From: Gammaproteobacteria bacterium
GTDB taxonomy: Bacteria > Pseudomonadota > Gammaproteobacteria > Burkholderiales > Thiobacillaceae
Reading direction: 5' to 3'
DNA: 64,000 nt
NCBI GenBank assembly: GCA_018831045.1
Contig: JAHJRA010000044.1
Location: 20,731-84,730, forward strand
How positions within the stretch are numbered: position 1 is the stretch's first letter; every line of letters begins with the position of its first letter. This document shows, piece after piece, positions 28,610 through 37,699 of the stretch. The position numbers were made by a program, and so were the translations under genes. The notes under the pieces were generated by a model, which was given only the letters and a program-made list of their open reading frames with translations, was not told the DNA's origin and made no database searches.

Positions 28610-28897
28610 GATTGCCTGGCTCCCTATGTCAAGTTAACGGCTAACTGTCGGTTCGTGGATGGCAAGCAGCTATCCGGACCGTAAAAAAATGGCGGGATGT
28701 ATGTACCCGCTACTGCGTCAATATGTCGCACACGCAGATTAGCAAATATTGGGATAGATAAATCGAGTTATCCGGGGGGACAGGTAGCCAATACTCGCGT
28801 GGTAAGCCGCCTGTGTTTTCACTTAACCGTTAGGCAATGACTAACTTATTGTTTTATCGATAACATTTTCTTCGCGCGTGACGTCATAGCGGGCCTA

Positions 28898-28913
28898 TAC
28901 CTCTTTGGAGGTA
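28898..28913. promoter_or_regulatory. NarL 7-2-7 site between divergent nosZ and narX
   Basis: TACCTCT-TT-GGAGGTA, one mismatch to consensus. Confidence 0.7.
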
Positions 28914-29074
28914 CCCATTAATATTGGTCTGTTCATCCCGTCCGGATCAGAAGCAAACCTAAAATCAAACGCCGGTATGGGCTGTTTGCGCTGGCGTGAA
29001 ACTAGGCTGGCGCAAAGACTCTGCATTTATTAGCTGGAAAAAAAGCGCAATATCCGCGCAACAGGGAATATGCG

Positions 29075-31021
29075 TTGATTGCATGGAGAAAACGCGTGCG
29101 CCATTTATTGGGGAATAAACTGCAGAACTCGCTGCTTTTGCGGCTGGGGGGCATGTTTTTTGCCATTACCGTGCTGGCAGTGGCCAGCATGTTCACCTCC
29201 TGGATGGTGGCGGAAACCACCCAGGGCAGCGGCCAGGCGATCAACGTGGCGGGCAGTCTGCGGATGCAGAGCTGGCGCATGGCCTCGATCCATCAACGTT
29301 TGGTGCAAACCGGCAAACCCGCATACCAGGCAAGCCTGCAACAGGCCATCGGCCGGTTTGAACATGACCTCAATGGGGCGCCCATTCTGGCGGTTCTGCC
29401 GGACGATGAAACCGCACCGTTGAAGCAGATTTACCGGCAGGTAGTCAGCCAGTGGCATACGCAAATCAAACCCGGACTAGCCGATCCGGCAGCCGCGTCT
29501 GCTGCAATGGATCCGTCGGTGCTGGATCAAATCCCTGCATTCGTCGCCCGCATCAACGATCTGGTCAAACAGATCGAGAATGCCGCTGAAGCAAAAATCC
29601 TGGTCATGCGCGTCATCCTCGGCGCGGCGGTCATTGCCACGCTGCTGGTGGTGATTCTGTCCATCTATCTGGTCAACCAGATTCTGGTTCACCCGCTGCG
29701 CGACCTGCTGGGCCTGGCTGATCGCATCGGCCAGGGTGACCTGGCGGCACGCACCGATCTGGCAGGCGAAGACGAGATCGGGCGGTTGGGGCAGGCTTTC
29801 AACCATATGGCGGAAGACCTCTCCCGGCTGTATCAGAATCTGGAAGCGCGGGTGGCGGAAAAAACGGCAGAACTGACCATCGCCAACCGTTCGCTGGAGC
29901 TGCTCTACCATTCGATCGCGCGGCTGTACAACGGCCCGGTGGCGCCGGACACCTACGCCATTCTGCTGAAGGATCTGGAAAACGTGCTGGGCGTCGGCCA
30001 CGGGCTGGCCTGTCTGGTCGAGGCCGGCAACACGACGCAGGCCCGGATCATCGCCAGCACGCTGCGTCCGGACAGTGGCGATGTCGATATGTGCGGGCTG
30101 ATGAGTTGCGCCGAATGCATGGCGCATCAGACCCTGACCGTACACCGGCTGCAGAATGACCGGCGTGTACTGTCGCTACCGCTCAGGGACACCGAACAGC
30201 ATTACGGCGTGCTGCAACTGGAGATGCCGCCCGGCAAGGAACTGGCGCCCTGGCAGACCCAGTTGCTGGATGCCCTGTCGCGCCATATCGGCATCGCCAT
30301 CGGCACTGCGCGGCGCGCCGAACAAAGCCGCCGCGTGTCCTTGCTGGAAGAGCGTGCCGCGTTGGCGCGCGAACTGCATGACTCGCTGGCGCAGTCGCTG
30401 GCCTACATGAAAATCCAGGTCAGCCGCCTGAAGCCGTTGCTGCCCGCGCCCGACCCCGTCAAGACCCAATCTGGCGCCGGCAACGAGGCGGGCGCCGTGC
30501 TGGCCGAGCTGCGCGAAGGGCTCAACAGTGCCTATCGCCAGCTGCGCGAACTGCTCACCACCTTCCGCCTGCGCATCGAGGGCACCGGGCTGGCGGCCGC
30601 GCTGGAAAAAACAGTGTCTGAATTTTCCAGTCGGGGCGCGATTCCCATCACGCTGGAGGCGCACCTGGCGGGCTGCACGCTTAGTCCAAACGAGGAAATC
30701 CATGCCCTGCAAATCGTGCGCGAGGCGCTGTCCAATGTATTGAACCATGCGCGGGCCAGCCAGGCAGAAGTCAGCGTGCTGTGCAACAGCGACGGCTCGG
30801 TATCGGCCACCGTCACCGATGACGGCATCGGCCTTCAGCAAAGTGCAGGCGTGCATCATTACGGCATGACTATCATGGACGAGCGGGCGAAAAACCTGGG
30901 CGGGCAACTGAGCGTCGAGAACTTGCCCGCATTGGGCACCCGTGTGACCCTGCATTTCATGCCGGCCAGCCACCGCGAGCCCATCATTCCCATTCACCCT
31001 GTACACCCCAACAACGCATGA
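29075..31021 (+). CDS. narX: Nitrate/nitrite sensor histidine kinase
   Basis: P-box AINVAGSLRMQSWR, HAMP, ARELHDSLAQSL and DDGIG. The TTG start is uncertain. Confidence 0.93.
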   Translation: MIAWRKRVRHLLGNKLQNSLLLRLGGMFFAITVLAVASMFTSWMVAETTQGSGQAINVAGSLRMQSWRMASIHQRLVQTGKPAYQASLQQAIGRFEHDLNGAPILAVLPDDETAPLKQIYRQVVSQWHTQIKPGLADPAAASAAMDPSVLDQIPAFVARINDLVKQIENAAEAKILVMRVILGAAVIATLLVVILSIYLVNQILVHPLRDLLGLADRIGQGDLAARTDLAGEDEIGRLGQAFNHMAEDLSRLYQNLEARVAEKTAELTIANRSLELLYHSIARLYNGPVAPDTYAILLKDLENVLGVGHGLACLVEAGNTTQARIIASTLRPDSGDVDMCGLMSCAECMAHQTLTVHRLQNDRRVLSLPLRDTEQHYGVLQLEMPPGKELAPWQTQLLDALSRHIGIAIGTARRAEQSRRVSLLEERAALARELHDSLAQSLAYMKIQVSRLKPLLPAPDPVKTQSGAGNEAGAVLAELREGLNSAYRQLRELLTTFRLRIEGTGLAAALEKTVSEFSSRGAIPITLEAHLAGCTLSPNEEIHALQIVREALSNVLNHARASQAEVSVLCNSDGSVSATVTDDGIGLQQSAGVHHYGMTIMDERAKNLGGQLSVENLPALGTRVTLHFMPASHREPIIPIHPVHPNNA

Positions 31022-31677
31022 ATCCAGCCGAACCCCAAACCCTCCTGATCGTCGATGACCACCCGTTGTTTCGCAAAGGGGTGATCCAGCTGATCCTGGC
31101 CGCGCCCGAATTCCGTCTGGTGGGTGAAGCCGCCAGCGGCAAGGAAGGCATGGCGCTCGCCCGCAGCCTGCACCCCGACATGATCCTGCTCGACCTCAAC
31201 ATGAAGGACATGAACGGGATCGAGGTACTGAAAAAACTGAAGGACGACGGGCTCGATGCGCGCATCATCATGCTGACCGTGTCCGATCATGTGGACGACC
31301 TGATGGCCGCCCTGCAGGCCGGTGCCGATGGCTATCTGCTGAAGGACATGGAGCCGGAGGACCTGATGCCGCAACTGGTCGAGGCGGCGCACGGCAAAAT
31401 CACCATCAGCGCGAGCCTCACGCAATTGCTGGTGACTTCACTGCGCGAGAAAAGCCGCCCCTTGAGCCCGGCAGAAGCCGGATTGACCGACCAGGAAAAC
31501 CGCATCCTCGAACACCTGATCGACGGCAAGAGCAACAAGCTGATTGCCCGCGACATGGACATTGCCGAGGGTACGGTGAAAGTGCATGTCAAACACCTGC
31601 TGAAGAAACTCAATCTGCGCTCGCGCGTGGAAGCTGCGGTGTGGGCGGATCGCTGCCGCCGCCAGAACAAAACATGA
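31018..31677 (+). CDS. narL: NarL response regulator
   Basis: REC domain (DDHPLFRKG, LLDLNM) and LuxR HTH (SNKLIAR..IAEGTVKVHVK..LKKL). Confidence 0.93.
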   Translation: MNPAEPQTLLIVDDHPLFRKGVIQLILAAPEFRLVGEAASGKEGMALARSLHPDMILLDLNMKDMNGIEVLKKLKDDGLDARIIMLTVSDHVDDLMAALQAGADGYLLKDMEPEDLMPQLVEAAHGKITISASLTQLLVTSLREKSRPLSPAEAGLTDQENRILEHLIDGKSNKLIARDMDIAEGTVKVHVKHLLKKLNLRSRVEAAVWADRCRRQNKT

Positions 31678-31741
31678 GCGCGATCAATGGCATGGCCCCG
31701 CGCTAAAATGCCGGCATGATTTCACGCCCCGTCTCCCCGTC

Positions 31742-32116
31742 ATGACCGCATTCCTTGCCGTGGGCATCGGCGCGGCACTCGGTGCCTGGCTGCGCTGGGG
31801 GCTGGGCTTGTGGCTTAACCCGGCCTATCCCGCCATGCCGCTCGGCACGCTCGCCGCCAATCTGCTGGGCGGCTATTTCATTGGATTGATCATCGCCTGG
31901 TTTGCTGAACACCCCGGGCTGCCGCCCGAAGCGCGACTGTTCCTGATCACTGGTCTGCTCGGCGGACTCACCACGTTTTCCACCTTTTCCGCTGAAGTGG
32001 TCACGACGCTGATGCGTGGCCTCTGGCTGACGGGCGGCTTGATTGCCGTGGCCCACATGATCGGTTCCTTCCTGGCGACCGGGCTGGGCTTCTACACCAT
32101 GAGGCTATTCAAATGA
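31742..32116 (+). CDS. crcB: Fluoride efflux channel CrcB/Fluc
   Basis: GAALGAWLRW, GTLAANLLG and GGLTTFSTFS. Confidence 0.95.
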   Translation: MTAFLAVGIGAALGAWLRWGLGLWLNPAYPAMPLGTLAANLLGGYFIGLIIAWFAEHPGLPPEARLFLITGLLGGLTTFSTFSAEVVTTLMRGLWLTGGLIAVAHMIGSFLATGLGFYTMRLFK

Positions 32117-32424
32117 ACTGCGTGTGTCTGCAACTCTTCGTCACTGAATCCAGCCGCCATCACGGCAAGCTCACCTACGAATGGCTGCTCGATACCGCGC
32201 AGCACATCGGGATCGCCGGCGGTTCGGTGTTTCAGGCCATCGCGGGATTCGGGCGGCACGGTCGGCACGATGTGGGATTTTTTGAACTGGCGGGAGAACT
32301 GCCAGTGGTGGTCGAGTTTTTCGTCGAGCCGGCCGTGGCTGATCAATTGCTGCAAGCCATCGGGGAAGCCGGGCTGAAACTGGTGTACACCAGACTGCCT
32401 GCCGAAATGGGCATCACTGCCTGA
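32113..32424 (+). CDS. DUF190 (PII-like) protein
   Basis: GIAGGSVFQAIAGFG and LPVVVEF; usual partner of crcB. Confidence 0.85.
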   Translation: MNCVCLQLFVTESSRHHGKLTYEWLLDTAQHIGIAGGSVFQAIAGFGRHGRHDVGFFELAGELPVVVEFFVEPAVADQLLQAIGEAGLKLVYTRLPAEMGITA

Positions 32425-32457
32425 AGCAGGCTAACCTGAACCGTGCCTATCTGAATT

Positions 32458-33207
32458 GTGCTCGATCAACTGATCCTGTTCGCCGCCTCGCTGGCGGCGA
32501 ATTTTTTTTCGGCCCTGTCTGGCGGCGGCGCCGGGCTGATCCAGTTTCCCATGCTGATTTTTCTGGGGCTGAGCTTCGGCACCGCGCTTGCCACCCACAA
32601 GATCGCCAGCGTCGCGCTGGGTTTGGGCGCCACGCTGCGGCACCTCAGGGAATCGCATCTCGAACGCCGCTTCTCGCTGATCATTCTGGGCGCCGGCCTG
32701 CCCGGCGTGGTGCTGGGCGCGCTCACCATCCTGCATATTCCCGAGCACGCCGCCACGCTGGCGCTGGGCGTGCTGACGCTGGGTCTGGGGCTGTATTCGG
32801 TATTCAAGCCCCGGCTCGGCATGGACCATGCGCCTCGAAACCAGCAGGGCAGGGCGCTCGCGGGCGGCATGGCGGGGCTGTTCGTGGTCGGCTTTCTCAA
32901 CGGTTCGATCACCAGCGGTACGGGGCTGTTTCTCACGATCTGGCTGATCCGCTATTTCGGCCTCGACTACACCCGCGCGGTCGCCTACACGCTGATTCTC
33001 TGCGGCCTGGTGTGGAACGGCACCGGCGCGCTGGTGCTGGGTGTCATCGGCACCGTGGCGTGGGGCTGGATGCCGGCGCTGCTGGCCGGTTCGATCATCG
33101 GCGGCTACCTTGGCAGCCACCTGGCGATCAAGAAGGGCAACCTGTGGATCAAGCGCGCGTTTGAAATCGTCACCATTCTGATTGGCCTGAAGCTGATCTT
33201 CGGCTAA
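32458..33207 (+). CDS. TauE/SafE (TSUP) family exporter
   Basis: GGGAGLI.FP, ALATHK and G..NGSITSGTG; several TM helices. Confidence 0.85.
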   Translation: MLDQLILFAASLAANFFSALSGGGAGLIQFPMLIFLGLSFGTALATHKIASVALGLGATLRHLRESHLERRFSLIILGAGLPGVVLGALTILHIPEHAATLALGVLTLGLGLYSVFKPRLGMDHAPRNQQGRALAGGMAGLFVVGFLNGSITSGTGLFLTIWLIRYFGLDYTRAVAYTLILCGLVWNGTGALVLGVIGTVAWGWMPALLAGSIIGGYLGSHLAIKKGNLWIKRAFEIVTILIGLKLIFG

Positions 33208-34802
33208 TCGTCGCTGAGGTGAATGCGGTTGCGGCCGCCGTGCTTGGCCTGATACAGCGCCTGGTCGGCAGCCTTGATCAGCGCATCGCCGGTTTGGGCG
33301 AGAGGATAGGTGGCGATGCCGGCGCTGATGGTGGTCAAAAAGTGACTGTCGCCGTGCGGGTGATGGATTTGCGAGAAGTCGTGGCGGATGCGTTCCATGA
33401 TGGCGAGCGCCTGTTCGGCATCGGCGTGCGGCAGGCCAATCAGGAATTCCTCGCCGCCGTAACGGCAGATCATGTCGTGCTTGCGCAGGCGCTGCTTAAG
33501 CAGCCACGACAGGCTGCGAATGACCTGGTCGCCGGTTGGGTGACCGTAGCGGTCGTTGACCTGCTTGAAATGGTCGATGTCCAGCATCACCACGGATAGG
33601 AACCCGCCCTCGTGCACGATGCCGGACAACAGGACTTCCAGCATGTTTTTGCCGCTGGAGTGGTTGAGCAGGCCGGTCAGGCTGTCGTGGTACATCGAGC
33701 GCCGTAGCGCGCGGTACCGCTCGATCTTGCTCTTGACGATGGTGTTGAGGAAAACCGGGTTGAACGGCTTGGTGAGGAAATGATCGCCGCCGAGGCGCAT
33801 GGCGTCGACCTGCAGCGCGACGTTGGTTTCACCCGACAGGTAGACGATCGGGATGCTGAGAAATTCGCAGTGCTGGCGGATGATGCGCGCGACTTCGACG
33901 CCGGTGCAGTTGGGCATGTACATGTCCATCAGGATCAGGTCCGGATTGAACTGCTTGAGCGCGTTGAGGGTTTCGCGCGGGTCGTTGACGATATGCGATT
34001 CGATCTGGATTTCGGCCAGGCTGCGATGGATGAGGTGGCTGGCGGTTTTGGAGTCTTCGACGATCAGCACGCGGTAGGCTTCCTGATCGTGGCGCTCGTT
34101 CAGCTCCATGATGTGCTCGACGATGGCGTGCGTGGGCCGGCCCTTGAGCAGGCAGCTATCGCTGCCGCTCTTCAGCGCCTGCTGCAATTGCCCAAAGTCG
34201 GATTCGACTTCGAGGCAGATCAGCTGCCCCATCGCGTACTGTTGCCGTAGCGTCTGGATCCGCTCATGCCATTCGGCTTCGGGTAGGCCACTCATGTCGA
34301 GCAGCAGCAAAGGGGCGGTGTCCACGCTTTCCGCCATCGGCTGATCCCAGGTTCGGAATTCGGTTGCCATGCCGAAATAGCCCAGCTGCACCAGCAAGTC
34401 GGCCCAGGCGTCCGGATCGCGCCCGATCAGCCAGGCCTGGACGCTGCGCATGCTTTGCGGAGCAATGACGACGGGGTCGCGGGACAGGGTGTCGAGATTG
34501 TTATGGGCACGCGCTTCGGTCAGCCGGGTCAGCTCGTTGATGCGCTCATTCAGGTCGTCCTGAGCGGCTTGCGGCAAGGGGTGCGTGACATCCTGCGCAA
34601 AATGCGCCAGCGTGACCTGTTCCAGCTGGTGGCTGGCGTGATGCAGGGCGGCGATGCCCTTGTCGATCAGAAATTCGGTAAAACTGTTGATCGATATGGC
34701 CAGTTCGACAAAGTTTTCGACATTGGGTGTCGCCAGATAACGCTGCCAGGTATCCGTCAAGGCCTTGTTTTTTTGCAGCAGCGCTTCGGGCGAACAGAGC
34801 AT
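33204..34802 (-). CDS. Response-regulator diguanylate cyclase (helical N-terminus, degenerate REC, REC, GGEEF)
   Basis: LIVEDS, LILMDMYMP, DSLTGLLNH, DIDHFK and RKHD...YGGEEF. Confidence 0.9.
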   Translation of the reverse strand: MLCSPEALLQKNKALTDTWQRYLATPNVENFVELAISINSFTEFLIDKGIAALHHASHQLEQVTLAHFAQDVTHPLPQAAQDDLNERINELTRLTEARAHNNLDTLSRDPVVIAPQSMRSVQAWLIGRDPDAWADLLVQLGYFGMATEFRTWDQPMAESVDTAPLLLLDMSGLPEAEWHERIQTLRQQYAMGQLICLEVESDFGQLQQALKSGSDSCLLKGRPTHAIVEHIMELNERHDQEAYRVLIVEDSKTASHLIHRSLAEIQIESHIVNDPRETLNALKQFNPDLILMDMYMPNCTGVEVARIIRQHCEFLSIPIVYLSGETNVALQVDAMRLGGDHFLTKPFNPVFLNTIVKSKIERYRALRRSMYHDSLTGLLNHSSGKNMLEVLLSGIVHEGGFLSVVMLDIDHFKQVNDRYGHPTGDQVIRSLSWLLKQRLRKHDMICRYGGEEFLIGLPHADAEQALAIMERIRHDFSQIHHPHGDSHFLTTISAGIATYPLAQTGDALIKAADQALYQAKHGGRNRIHLSDD

Positions 34803-34988
34803 TTTCGGGATTCCATGCCTTCTGGTTCGAGAGGGCGGATATTAAATTGTTTTATGAACTAAGCGCGTTTGTCATTATAAACAGTATGGGCATGCGCTGT
34901 GAATGCAAATCCGGATGCGAACACTCCGAGGGGCACCGTTGGCGGCCTGTGCTGTGATATCTTCAAAGTTGATTCGGGGAGTTCAGGC

Positions 34989-35516
34989 GTGTTCAAAAAA
35001 CAGTGGCCGGCGTTTGTGCTGGCATTCGTATTGCCGCTCGTGGCGGTGTTCTGGTGGTGGGGCGGATTCAGCCCGGTGAGCGTGAGCGAAACCGAAGCGG
35101 GACCCTATCGGTATGCCTATCTTGATTACGAAGGGCCGATCAACAATATGCGCAAACCCCAGCGCACCGTGCTGGAAAAGTTCACCGAGGACAAGGTGGC
35201 GGCGGGCGATACGATCAATGTGATTCTGAGCGACCCGCGGGCGAGCCACGGCAAGGTGCGTGCGCACGTCGGTTACACCCTGAGCGAAACTGCGCCGATC
35301 CCGTCCGGGTTGAAGGAAGGCCGCATTGAAGCGCGCCCGGTATATGCGGCGCAAGTGCATGCGGCAGTCTTGCTGGCGCCGTCGAAAGCCTATCAGGCGC
35401 TGGCCGATACGTTGGAATCACAAGGCAAGACCCTCACGATGCCGGCCGTCGAGCTGTACCGGCCGGCCGGCCAGAGCAACCGGGTGGGCCATTTCACGCT
35501 GGAAATGAATCGTTAA
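34989..35516 (+). CDS. Membrane-anchored GyrI-like small-molecule-binding protein
   Basis: N-terminal TM, GPY.YAY..YEG, then a GyrI-like pattern. GTG start inferred. Confidence 0.55.
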   Translation: MFKKQWPAFVLAFVLPLVAVFWWWGGFSPVSVSETEAGPYRYAYLDYEGPINNMRKPQRTVLEKFTEDKVAAGDTINVILSDPRASHGKVRAHVGYTLSETAPIPSGLKEGRIEARPVYAAQVHAAVLLAPSKAYQALADTLESQGKTLTMPAVELYRPAGQSNRVGHFTLEMNR

Positions 35517-35522
35517 ATTCCT

Positions 35523-36443
35523 ATGGCTTTTTTTACCGTCCTTGCTGCCGTCGCCCTTGAGCATCTGCGCCCTCTGCGGCAGCCGCTGCCGCACTATCAG
35601 CAGTATGCGCGCTTCACGCAATGGCTGGAACACCGTTTCAATGCGAATGCGTTCAGTCACGGCGCCATTGCCTGGGGCCTGGCGGTGGCGCCGCTGTTGC
35701 TGGGTGTGTGGCTGATTGATCGCCTGCTTGGAGGCGTCAGCCCGTTCCTGGGCTGGGTGTGGAATGTGGCTGTGCTGTATTTCACGCTGGGTTTCAAATA
35801 CTTCAGCGACGACGCCGAGCGCATCGCCCGACTGCTGCGGGCAGGCGACCTGGACGGCGCGCGTGCGCAGCTCATTGCCAGCCGCGGCGGCGATGCCAGC
35901 CAGTTCAGCGCCGATGAAATCGCGCGCGTCACCATCGAGCAGGTCATGGCGGCGAGTCACCGCCAGATGTTCGGCGTGCTGATCTGGTTTGTGCTGCTGG
36001 TTCCGTTCGGCCCCGTCGGCGCCATTCTGTTTCGCACCGCGTCGATTCTGGCGCGGCGCTGGGCCACGACCCAGGGCCAATTCGGCGTGTTTGCGCAGCG
36101 CGTGTTTCATGCAATCAACTGGTTGCCGGTCCGGCTGACCGGCTTGACCTATGCCATCGCGGGCAATTTCGAGGACGCCACCTTTTGCTGGCGTACCCAG
36201 GCTGAGGCCTGGCTCGAGCCGGAAGACGGCGTGGTGCTGGCCGCCGGTGCAGGCGCGATGGGCGTGCGCCTGGGGCAGTCGATCAATGTTGGCGGGGAAA
36301 CCGTATGGCGCCCCGAACTGGGCAGCGCCCAGACCGAGCCGGATGCCGATAGCATCGACAGCGCAGTCAGTATGATCTGGCGCGGACTGGTGATCTGGAT
36401 GGTGGCGGGCCTGCTGGTCGTGATCGCGGGATGGGTGACCTGA
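35523..36443 (+). CDS. CobD/CbiB-family membrane protein
   Basis: LYFTLGF, W.P.RLT..TYAIAGNFEDA and AAGAGAMGVRLG. Confidence 0.8.
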   Translation: MAFFTVLAAVALEHLRPLRQPLPHYQQYARFTQWLEHRFNANAFSHGAIAWGLAVAPLLLGVWLIDRLLGGVSPFLGWVWNVAVLYFTLGFKYFSDDAERIARLLRAGDLDGARAQLIASRGGDASQFSADEIARVTIEQVMAASHRQMFGVLIWFVLLVPFGPVGAILFRTASILARRWATTQGQFGVFAQRVFHAINWLPVRLTGLTYAIAGNFEDATFCWRTQAEAWLEPEDGVVLAAGAGAMGVRLGQSINVGGETVWRPELGSAQTEPDADSIDSAVSMIWRGLVIWMVAGLLVVIAGWVT

Positions 36444-36450
36444 TCCTGCC

Positions 36451-37689
36451 ATGCTGAATGCGTTGTGGGTGGGCTTTTTTGTCGCCGCCTTTGTCATTGC
36501 TTTGTTCAAACTGCTGGTGCTGGGTGATGCCGGGGTGTTTGCCGCCTTGGTCAAGGCGCTGTTCGACAGCAGCAAAACCGCATTCGAGATTGCCCTCGGC
36601 CTGACCGGGGTAATGGCACTATGGCTCGGCGTGATGAAAATCGGCGAGCGGGCGGGCATGCTCGACCTGCTCACGCGTGGCCTCGCGCCGCTGTTCAGGC
36701 GCCTGTTTCCCGACGTCCCCGCCAACCATCCGGCGCTCGGCGCGATGACCATGAACATGGGCGCCAACATGCTGGGACTCGACAATGCCGCCACGCCACT
36801 GGGCATCAAGGCGATGCAGGAACTGCAAAAACTCAATCCCACACCCGATATTGCCAGCGACGCGCAGATCCTGTTTCTGGTGATCAACACCGCCTCGGTC
36901 ACCCTGTTGCCGGTGACCATCTTCACCTTCCGCGCGCAGCTGGGCGCGGCCGATCCGACCGACGTGTTCGTGCCGTTGCTCATCACCACTTACATCGGCA
37001 CGCTGTGCGGGCTGCTGGTCACCGGGATGTACCAGCGCCTGCAGCTGTGGAACCGCGTCACCCTGGCGTATCTGGGCGGCGCGACCGCGCTGATCGGCGG
37101 GCTGGTGGCGTACTTCAGCAGCCTCGATGCGGCGGAGATGACGCGGCAGTCGTCCATTTTGAGTAATGTGTTGCTGTTCAGCCTGATCGTGACCTTTTTG
37201 CTGATGGCGGTGCGGCGCCGGGTCAACGCTTACGAGGCGTTCATCGAAGGCGCAAAGGAAGGCTTTCACACGGCGGTCACGATCATTCCGTATCTTGTCG
37301 CCATGCTGGTGGCGATTGCGGTGTTTCGCGCCAGTGGTGCGCTGGACCTGTTGATGAACGCGGTGCGCGATGGTGTGCTGGCGCTCGGGTTCGACGCCCG
37401 CTGGGTCGACGCGCTGCCCACCGCCTTGATGAAACCTTTTTCGGGCAGCGGCGCGCGCGCCATGATGATCGATACCATGCAAACCCACGGCGCGGATTCC
37501 TTCGCCGGTCGTCTCGCCTCCATTGTGCAGGGCAGCACTGAAACCACGTTTTATGTCCTGGCGGTGTACTTCGGCGCGGTCGGCATCAAGCGCGTGCGTC
37601 ACGCCGTCACCTGTGGTCTGATAGCCGATGCGGCGGGCATTATTGCCGCCATTGGCATGGCTTATCTCTTTTTTGGCGCCATCGCATGA
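36451..37689 (+). CDS. SpmA-SpmB fusion (nucleoside recognition/Gate domain) membrane protein
   Basis: ANMLGLDNAATPLG, KPFSGSGAR and GSTETTFYVLAVYFG. Confidence 0.88.
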   Translation: MLNALWVGFFVAAFVIALFKLLVLGDAGVFAALVKALFDSSKTAFEIALGLTGVMALWLGVMKIGERAGMLDLLTRGLAPLFRRLFPDVPANHPALGAMTMNMGANMLGLDNAATPLGIKAMQELQKLNPTPDIASDAQILFLVINTASVTLLPVTIFTFRAQLGAADPTDVFVPLLITTYIGTLCGLLVTGMYQRLQLWNRVTLAYLGGATALIGGLVAYFSSLDAAEMTRQSSILSNVLLFSLIVTFLLMAVRRRVNAYEAFIEGAKEGFHTAVTIIPYLVAMLVAIAVFRASGALDLLMNAVRDGVLALGFDARWVDALPTALMKPFSGSGARAMMIDTMQTHGADSFAGRLASIVQGSTETTFYVLAVYFGAVGIKRVRHAVTCGLIADAAGIIAAIGMAYLFFGAIA

Positions 37690-37699
37690 CCCGCTTCGC

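Noticed and set aside
28662-28676. Sigma54 promoter for nosZ (CGGATA-N5-TTGC on the minus strand)
   Set aside because: Spacing is correct but the -24 element is weak and no enhancer was identified; it needs TSS data.
31678-31741. Possible fluoride riboswitch upstream of crcB
   Set aside because: It lacks the GATGRnGTTC..C and TGATGAC core; only a TAAAAT -10-like hexamer is visible.
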